Below are positions 52,701 through 62,077 of a stretch of 64,000 bases of DNA, one piece after another. Under the pieces are notes generated by a model. The model saw only the letters and a program-made list of their open reading frames with translations, was not told the origin of the DNA and searched no databases. Position 1 is the stretch's first letter, and each line of letters starts with the position of its first letter. Source of the stretch: Nemertoderma westbladi (lineage: Eukaryota > Animalia > Xenacoelomorpha); contig JAUCBJ010007179.1 of NCBI GenBank assembly GCA_032718475.1, forward strand, positions 62,001 to 126,000. Direction: 5' to 3'. The position numbers and the translations under genes are program-made.

Positions 52701-54852
52701 GAAAACGGTTTATTGGACCGACGCTTTACTCGTGTTGGAATATCTAACCAATGAAGTCTGTCAGTTCAGTGTTTTTGTTAATAACAGGGTAGCTATTATT
52801 CTTAGTCGCACAAAGATAGATCAATGGAGACATTGCCCTGGTACGATTAATCCAGCCGATATCGCCTCCAGGGGAGCAACTCCGCAGGAACTGATAGATA
52901 CTCCAGATTGGTTGGGTGGACCCGACTTCCTGAGCAAGGAAGAGGACGAATGGCCTCCTCACCTTACTACGGCGGAAATTAGACAAGCCAAGGGAGCGGA
53001 GACCGTCAAACCTAAAACCCGGGCGAGTAAATCGAAGTTATTTAAACCGACTATCGATCTATCTGTATTACATGTTTCCGGAAACGATGATTTGGATCCA
53101 CAATCCCTCGCTATAAATAAGTCTGTTGCGGAAATTCGAGATAGAGATTGGAAATCTGGAATACCAGACGTCTCGCAAGGAATCTCACCCCTGCTGCAGA
53201 GAGCGATGCATCACTACAGTTCCTGGAATCGGCTCTGTAAAGCCGTCACATATTTAAAGAGATGCTTTCATCATCAATACTCCAGGATGAAGACCACTAG
53301 TGATAATGCTCCATTGACATCTGCACAAGTTCATGTTATTAAAAACTTACCTAAATATAAGGTATCTGACAGTTTTCTAAAGGAGAAAATTAGTCACCAG
53401 GAGCATGAAGAGACCAATAAACAGATACTGAGACTCCTGCAATGCTATGAGGATTCCGAAAAGTATTTCCTGTTGTTGAGAAATCCGCAGATGCGCTTAA
53501 GGGATCGATTCTCTAGCACAATGATAGATGGGTTAATACATGTTGGAGGAAGGCTCACCAATGCACCCTTATCCTTTGACACTAAATTCCCCATACTCAT
53601 TAGAAATCTTGAAGTACAAATCAAGATGATTGTAGATGTTCACAGTAAGCTTTATCATGCTGGAAGAGAACGAGTTCTTAGCGAAATTCGAACTCGCTAT
53701 TATTTTGATAAACCCCGTAGAGCTCTGAACCAAGTTCTTAGGAACTGCATACCCTGTAGGAAAGCATTCAGTAGGCCTTTAACACAGCGAGAGGCAGAAT
53801 TACCTAGGGAACGAGTAAGCTTCTATGAACCACCTTTTACTAATACTGGTGTAGATTTATTTGGCCCTATTGAAGTATATCGTGCGAGGACTATAGTCAA
53901 GAGATGGTGTGTCATCTTCGTGTGCATGACTTGCAGAGCCATCCATCTCGATATGGTGAACGATCTATCTACCAACAGTTTCGTCTTAAGTTTACGACGA
54001 CAGATCGCTCGCTTCGGTACGAGTAATACCATGAGATCGGACAAGGGAACGAACTTCATTGGTGCCAACAACGAAATACAGGCTTACGTAAAGGACTGGA
54101 ACCAAAGACAGGTGGATGACCAGCTAAGGATAACAGCGTCTAGCTGGACCTTCAACGCCGCCGACGCCCCTTGGTGGGGAGGAAGTTGGGAGAGATTAAT
54201 TAGAAGTGTTAAGACCGCATTTCACTTTATAGTGCCATGCCGTGCGTATCTCACTGACGAACTTTTGCGGACGTTAATGGAGGAAATAGCTGCCTATCTC
54301 AATGAGAGACCGCTTATGCCAGTCTCATCGAGTCCCGATTCCCTGGAAGCGCTAACACCTGCGCACTTCCTACTGAAGAAACCGGTAGCCATGCTCCCAC
54401 GATCGGAGATTGCCGACGGAGACGAATACTGCCGTCGAACTTGGCAACTTTTGCAGTTGCTATCCCGTCGTTTCGCTGACCATTTCGAGAAACATTACCT
54501 GCCCACGCTACAACTTCGAACTAAGTGGTTTGCGCAGCAAGAAAACGTCAGCGCCGGAGATATGGTATTTATTGTAGATCCAGACCTCCCACGTAAACGG
54601 TGGCAGACAGGTCGTATCATCGAGACCCATATCTCGGAGGATGGTTTAGTGCGTTCAGTAGAACTCATCGTTATGCGGCGTAACTTCAAGAAGCCCGGCA
54701 TAATCTTTGAGACGCAACAACTCAATCGCCCAGTTGGTCGTTTATGTTTACTGGAAAGAGACAGAGAACTCTCCGGAAACTATGGAAGGCAAGACACTCT
54801 TCCCACGACCACCTCCCTAATACCTCAAACATCTAGGGACTCCCCAACGTAA
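46732..54852 (+). pseudogene. gag-pol: Single Gag-Pol ORF (~2706 codons) with two in-frame stops (47746-47748 TGA, 51736-51738 TAA)
   Basis: ORFs 46732, 47791 and 51742 share one frame. Gag knuckles; PR LLDSGS; RT VRVVFDGS, GPNLL, SDI*GMFLQV, YMDD at 51967; RNase H FDPLG, HVFGDAS, PRAEL, YWTD, NPADIASRG; IN H-x4-H..CIPC, GVDLFGP, RSDKGTNF, GSWERLI; DUF5641-like tail. Confidence 0.95.
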
Positions 54853-56477
54853 TACGTCTGGAGTGGGTGTATGACTATATTATTTTATCTATTTTATTAC
54901 ATTTTATATGCAAACTTTATTATGTACTTTATTATAATCGTTTTTATTCAATTTTTATTTAGTAGAATGTTATTTTAGGGATTATTTAGTAGATTAGTGC
55001 AATATATTAGTGTTTATTACGTACGTAATTACTTATAATATATATTTAGTGCGACGGCGAGAAATAATTATTTTTCTCTTCCCTTACTGTCCGTATCATA
55101 TTATAAATACGTGACTACAGTAAGATGAAATGTCCGTACTTCTTAAAGTACAATAAAGCCACTACTATGTTCGAGTGTTGTTAGTAGGCAGAGTATTAGG
55201 AATGCAAAGTTCAGATCCTCGTGTCTCGGCTAAACCAAGCTCTGGGTAGACCTTGGAAACGACTTGCCTCTTCACACTGACATTGCTTCGTGCGATATTA
55301 CTCTTCTACCTTATATTAAATAATACATATAGTAGCGAGATGTCCATATAACAGTAGCATAAAACGCAAATAAATCTGTTAAACTTTTGACCATCTGTAA
55401 TTCTAGTCGATTAAGATATCGCGGCACCCACCGATATACTTGAAAGACAAATTCTAGAATCAGTGGTTAACGTCCCCAGACAAGTTCTGGAATAAATCGG
55501 TGCCCATCTTAAATATTAATTTAATATTTATTAAAATCTGTAAAATTCAGATCCGTTAACAATTCCAGTCGATTAAGATATCGTAGCACTTACCGATACT
55601 CTTAAAAGACAAATTTCATAGAATTAAGGATCCTATGTCCCCAGACCTGCTCTGGAATCAAATTGTGTCAATTTTAACATCAAATAATAAAATTCACGGG
55701 AATAAATTTAAATTCATATCTTAAATGAATTTCATAAATTGTCATTTTGTACAATTTATAACATTCCCAAAATTCCATTAATTAATAGATCATGGGAGCG
55801 GAGATTCATCCTATTGAGTGTATTAGAGTGCGAGAATCTCCAACATATAGTCAATAGCCGATAAAATTAATAAAATCATGCATAAAGAGGATATTGACAA
55901 TTAAAGAATTATTATTAAATAGCATCCCAGATCTGTATGCATGAGAATTACCCTAATTCTACCGCTAGCTTTCCATAATGTCACCATAGCAACACCCACG
56001 CTAGAATTAGAATTGAGTTAAAAGAACAATAGAAGGCATACCCCATTGAATAGCATACGGAATAAATAGCGCACCGCTAGTATCCAAGGATACATAATAA
56101 ATACAGTGACATTCTGGAAGGTACTGACTAACGGACAAATGGCCCGAATGTGTGCGGTTTGTTGCAGTTGTGTTGAATTTGTGCGTTTGTAGGTGAATGT
56201 TACTACTAAAGTATGTTTACAGTAGCTAGTCGCAATTGTAAAAATAACCCAACTTTCCTATAGAAAGAACCTAAGTGGATCCAAGCCTTTGGGACGGACA
56301 GTGGTGTGACTTGTGCCGGTTATCGTTGTCGTGCTGTTGCTACATGTTGGCGTAAACACCGCGACGACGGTACATCGGCGCTGAGAATCCCACTGTCCGG
56401 GGGCAAAGAAAGTAGGCAGCGACGCCCGCTTGCCTAAATACAAACTTATTTGATATTGATAAACTCAGATAGCAGAT

Positions 56478-59400
56478 ATGACGGAGTTAATAGAAGATGA
56501 TCTCGGTATTAGGGAGCGATATACTCTACCTTTGCAAGCATTTGTGGATAGCTTAATACGCGGTGAAGCCGATCCAACCATTACGGAGGACGATGGTCGT
56601 TATATCGAACCGCCGATGTCCCAAGAGCAACTTGCGCGTGAATTGGACTATCGAAAATTCACCACTCGCTATACGAATCGTAATGGTACGTATATGGACT
56701 TCCTAACGACCGGCCATCCTATCGATTTACATGATACGGACGATATAGATACAGAAAGAGAAATGGTTCTATTTAAATATCATACCCAGCGGAGTCGTAA
56801 CGATAAACCGAGAATAGATCACGAAAATTATATTCGTAATAGACTGGAAAGAGAAAACGTTGAAGAACCGGATAAACGCATCGACTTCAACGAATACTTA
56901 GAGTTTTTGAGAGAAACCTATCTCAACGTCGCTAGTCAGCAGAACTTAGAGACTCGATATCCTCAAGGTATCCATCACGACCCTGTAGTAGAACTCAAAC
57001 GGCTCTATTTCACTATGATGTATCTTACCGCCGATCGTCCACTACCTGTTATCCCGGATAGTTTTGAACAAATGGAAGAATACTGCAAAACTGGAGAACG
57101 ATCACCCGCGTTTCCTTTACAGGATGTGCGTCTTTGGTATTATTGCGACGAATGCCCTAGACCCAACCAACAAATTGAAAGACATAAACATCCACGGAGA
57201 CGTTGCGCTAAACATAGTTTTACGCGTTACACTTACGGGAGTTTCGAGCGAAACCTGTTCGACGTACCGCCCACGATCGCTCGTCTTAAACGATCACTGA
57301 ATAAACCCATGATCAGAGTTCCGGAATACTCGGTCAGGCCTCCTCATTCCCTAGTGAGACCTCAAACTCTTGATCCTAACAGTATCACTGATCCTCCCGA
57401 ACTATATTCCCTGTTCAAAGACTTAGTGTTACCCGAACAATTAATCGGTGGCGCTCCGGTAGTGGGTTCGTTAGACATCCGCCCATCCTACTTAGCCGGA
57501 TTGGGACGCGGGCAGCTAATATCACCCTTTGATCCTTACAATCGTCCAGGATTAAACCCGATACAACCCGCTACGGAAGTCGAGGAGAGCGTTATAAGAA
57601 ATGCTTTAGACGCCATTTGACAGAAAATCGGAAAGGGAACACAAGATTGTTTAGAGAAACGTAAATTACAACAACAAGTCCAAGCGGTGAAGGAGTTAGC
57701 CTTACCACAGTTCGATAGAGAAATCCGAAACCTCGAGGAAGACATCGAGCTTGGACGCACGTATTCTCTCCAAGAATTCTTAGATGAACGCTTACAGAGA
57801 CAAGCGGAAGAAATTCTACTCGAGGAGAAACACACGAAACTGGAAGAAAGAGAAGAAGCCGCTTTAGCCCAACCTGAAGCTCAAATCCTCATGACGGACC
57901 TCTACTCTAAAACCGTTCGTCATCCCTCTATGATTCCACATTTCGGAGACAAGCTCTTCGCGACGATACAACCTCAACCGGTTGATATCAGTATAGGATC
58001 GCAAAATATTATCGCTGACGCCCCTATGTTACAGCGTCCGCCGATCGAGGCCGCTCGTGTTGACGGTATACTCGTTGAACCTCCGGACAATCGAGCGGAT
58101 CTTGTCCGTCGTATGGTACACGATGTCAACATACGCGCTAGACCTTTACAGAACTCGTTTTACGGGATTAAAGACCACCCTTATTACGTTAATCTGACTC
58201 AATATTATATGGTAAAACCAGAAGACCCGACACATGATTTAAAGTTTCTACCACTAATAAATCCTCTAGACATTGTCGAACTCGAACAATTGCAGAAACA
58301 TCTGGATCAGTTAGTAAAGGTAAACTCATTTAGAAAACCATATAACATTTCGCGAATCGAGAAAGATATAGAAACTCCTTATAACCTCGATGGATTTATT
58401 AAAACTCGATTAGTCCATTGGAATCTAGATGTATTATTTGAAGAAGAGAAAATACAAAGATATGGAACTGTGGAGACGTATACCACTCGGCATATGAAGT
58501 ATAGGGATCTCCCTGACGCTAACCAATGCGCCACCTTGTGGCATCCAGTAGGGATGACCCTAGAGAACGCCACCAAGGAGTGGAATGAAACTCTTAATGT
58601 TATCGAGATGTATGGAGTTGTCACCTACGATAATGAAGGTAGCGTTCCGGTCGGAGAGCTAGGAACTACGCGCATGATCCACATCCGCGGATTAGCTGGT
58701 TCTACCCACGTGTTTACTCGAGCGTGTTCCGACTTGATTGATTATTCTTTTGAAACTCTTACCGAAACACAAAAGAATCTCCGACATGGACAATTCGAAC
58801 TCGCGCAGCGTTACGTCATTGACACCGAACGCAAACCGGCCATGGGCATCGATGGATCGATGTTACCCCAGCCCGTACTCGAGATGTTGTTCAACGAAAG
58901 AATCCTTAAAATCGGCTCAGCTGTTTATGGAGATCTCCAAAACGACTTTCGGAATATGGAGGACATTCCATACCCTTTCGTTGATACTCAGCTGATTGCT
59001 CCCTGGGCAGAAGGTCGAGGTTTCTTCCGCACCATGTATGCTAATACGTCTAGCAACATTACCAAGGTGCAACGGACTTCCATCGGACATCTTGCCTTTC
59101 AGGAATACGGATGGAATTTCAAAGTCGGAAATCCCGTTAACTATCAACAAGTATACGGAGACCATTATTCTCGATTATACTTTGATGGACCATTGACCGC
59201 ACCTGGCGCCGTGTATAGCTTCATGAGTGTTCCACTCCGTCCCTCCTTAGCTATATACCTTTGAAAACACCGCACTTGCCGGTTGGCTAGCCGATGTGTG
59301 CAGTCGTACCATACGCGCCCATCCATTAATACTTGGGACCAAACTCGATAAACTAGATGAACATAATAAATTCATTCGTTTCGAATGTTTCCGGCGATTT

Positions 59401-60726
59401 TTAACCCCGTTCCGCAACGTGGATAGCCAATTTAAAGACCGCGCTTTGACCAAGCTCAGCCTAAGAGACTCAGCTGCAGAGAAGTTGGATAGCGCTGGAT
59501 TCGCCATTTTCCAGGAGATTTGTACATCGAACCTGCACTCCTCTGTTCTACAAAGACCTCGAATCCCCACCGGTTATTCTGTCGTAGAAATTCAGACAAT
59601 AGGTCCACCCGAGGAGACAGACACGCCCACCTCATCTATGCACTTAGAAGATGAACCAATATGTCTAGAATCTGAGGAGATTCAGCCTATCACGCCCCGG
59701 AACAGCGACAACGACTATATCATCGAATGGTATCAAGGTCCACAGTGTCTCACTGCGTACGATTATCGCCATGCCAACTATGTTTCTAGGCAACGTTGTC
59801 GGTTATGTGCATCGAGAGACCACGATACGCCCATGGATACCAACGTCCGCTGTTCCTATTTCCAAGAACAACCGACTATGGAAATTTATTGCGCATATTG
59901 CAGACTCAATAATCTGCATATCTTTGCGGTTTGCCCTCAATTTATGACTCAATGTCACCATTGTCAACTAAAGGGACATGCCAGTTTCGACTGCCCTTTT
60001 AATCACGATTTGGAAAGCGTAGATGAAATGATCACACTGCGTTACATCAGAGCTTGGGAAGCGAACGCTGATTTACATTGTGATTCGCGCCATCGCTATT
60101 ATCCCGGACGCGCTTACGAAGGAGTTTATGCGTTCCATCCTTATCTATTCGCTTCTGTTGAACAGAAATCACGCATATCGAGCTACGAGTTACTGAAGCG
60201 CGTCGGAGAATGTATTTCAACTAAATTTGTACGCAAATTTCTCAGGAGTGTTAATCCTAGCGACCTTCATTCCTATAACTTAATCAATTATATCCGTCAG
60301 GATCCAGACTATGGAGACTTGTTTGTTAACTCACACCCTGAGTTACAGGAAGTATATCGACGGCCTTACGAATACCGAGCCCGCGAACGCGAGTTGGAAA
60401 GGACCATTAAACCCCGGAAGTTTCTAACTGCCTATGGTCCACCCACGGCCCTCGTTCAGACCACACGTAAAGGACCCGTAAGAGCGGCTGTCTTGAAACG
60501 AGCTCTCAAAGCCATTAGACCCCTCTCACCTGACGTTGACGTCAATCAACCCGGTACTTCGACTGGCGGATACACCGACCATAATCCTACACCCTCTGAT
60601 GCAATCATATTGCACCCTTCACCCAGGAGTTATAGCCCTCCTTGTAAAGTGGCTCGCCCCAAAGAGAAAAGGACTCTTGCTAGCTTTAAAAAACTGCGTA
60701 AATGCCGTCCGCGCAAGAAAGACTAA
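56478..60726 (+). pseudogene. ORF3 (~1415 aa when repaired): unknown N-terminus, coiled coil, DEDDy-type 3'-5' exonuclease fold, triple CCHC zinc knuckles, basic tail. One in-frame stop (57618-57620) and one frameshift (~59260)
   Basis: ORFs 56478 and 57687 are in the same frame. Motifs VVTYDNEG, LPQPVLEMLFNERILKIGSAVYGDL, FVDTQ, SIGHLA, PLT-x5-Y and CHHCQLKGHASFDC. Element 1 fuses the N- and C-terminal parts, consistent with a single gene. Confidence 0.82.
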
Positions 60727-60795
60727 CTGTTTAGAGTATTTACGTATATTAGAAACCGTGATTTTTGTATATTAATAGACTCAAATCCCATTTTC

Positions 60796-60804
60796 TGGGA
60801 GCGG
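60796..60804 (+). promoter_or_regulatory. Short polypurine-tract-like plus-strand primer site TGGGAGCGG
   Basis: Directly abuts the 3' LTR in both elements. Confidence 0.65.
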
Positions 60805-62077
60805 TGTAAAAGCTTCTGTGGGATATAACTGGCCCCTTTGCTTCGCAATCCAGTTTCCCCCTAGGCGCTGGAATACTCTAAAAGGGTTCTCTAACTGTAT
60901 ATATATTCCCCTTGCCCGCAAGGTACCGTTACAGGTGTTTTTAACGGACATAAAAGTCATTCTTCTATATACGTGTTTTAGCGGACATGGTAAGGCAAAA
61001 AACCCGCAATACGGCAAATACTTTACACAGTTTAGCCGTGATGATTCAGATTACGACATCTAACAGCTGGTTGCTTAAATGGAAACAGCCATTGGACGCA
61101 TGGTTCTTTGTTTGGCTTCAGCCAATCAGAGCGATTCTCTCTGTCGATGTGGAGCTTTGAGCCAATCATAGTGGGATTGTTCAGTCTTACAGTTTTTTAC
61201 TGATACTTTGTTGTTATTGCTGTCTAAGCCAGAAACAACGCCTCGAGAAAGAAACATTAGTAGGCTTAAATTATAGAGCGTATGACTGTTATCAGTACAC
61301 AGTCTAATTCACGGCACAATTTGGACACTTAACATATCACTGTATATATCTGTTCATATCATATCTTAACCTACCGTCTTAATATTTTTACTGTTGTTAT
61401 TATTTTATATCAGTTGATTGAAGATTATTTGGAGAACGTTTATAAAGAACCCAAATTTCCCAATTTTCTTGATACACTACAGGTTAGAGAGGCGGGTTAT
61501 ATTTATAGCGATTGCGACTTATATTATTGTGGTGTGTATTGAATTTAATGCTATTTGATAAGCACTACATTGGTCCGTTGCTATTTTCTTTATATATGAT
61601 AAAATTCATTGACGGTCGGCAAGTTAGTGAGCAGTATTTTGTGTTACCGGTAGTGTGCATGATTGTGGCTGATAACTAAGCATTTCCTAAAGAATGCGCC
61701 TCATACGTGAATCATAAGCCTTACCGACTTACCGTTGTGATTAGTGTAAGTCATATCTCTGTTTACTTAGATAGAGCGCCACGTCCTAAAGGAACTGTTA
61801 ATATTTCCCGAAAGTGAATAATATTAGTCAGAAATTATTTATTAACGATCAATCGAATAATACAATACCGTAAGCTTCACTGCAATAATAATCTAAGCCG
61901 ACAGAATCCAGTCTCCCGGGATTATCCAGCGGGTGAATGGACGCGCACTAGGCTGGCTTCTGCTAATGTTGTGTTTATTGGTATTAAATATTGTCATTTT
62001 CTAGAGTCGATTTATAAACCAAAAGACATATAAATTTTGGCAGGTTAAACTGCTAAAGGTCTTCAAAAGCGCGTACA
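60805..62077 (+). repeat. 3' LTR of element 2
   Basis: Direct repeat of 43225-44497, followed by TSD ACATG. Confidence 0.95.

Larger units (their letters stand above)
43225..62077 (+). mobile_element. Full-length BEL/Pao LTR retrotransposon with an extra ORF3 (element 2, 18,853 bp, 5-bp TSD ACATG)
   Basis: 1273-bp LTRs TGT...ACA; ACATG at 43220-43224 and 62078-62082; Gag-PR-RT-RH-IN order with Pao-specific motifs. Confidence 0.96.

Noticed and set aside
55783-55795. TAATAGATC inside the element matches the satellite monomer (possible homology guide)
   Set aside because: Only 9 AT-rich bases, expected by chance in 19 kb; the two insertion points also differ in monomer phase.
56478-60726. ORF3 as an envelope gene
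   Set aside because: No signal peptide or transmembrane anchor is visible; the motifs point to nucleic-acid-binding domains.
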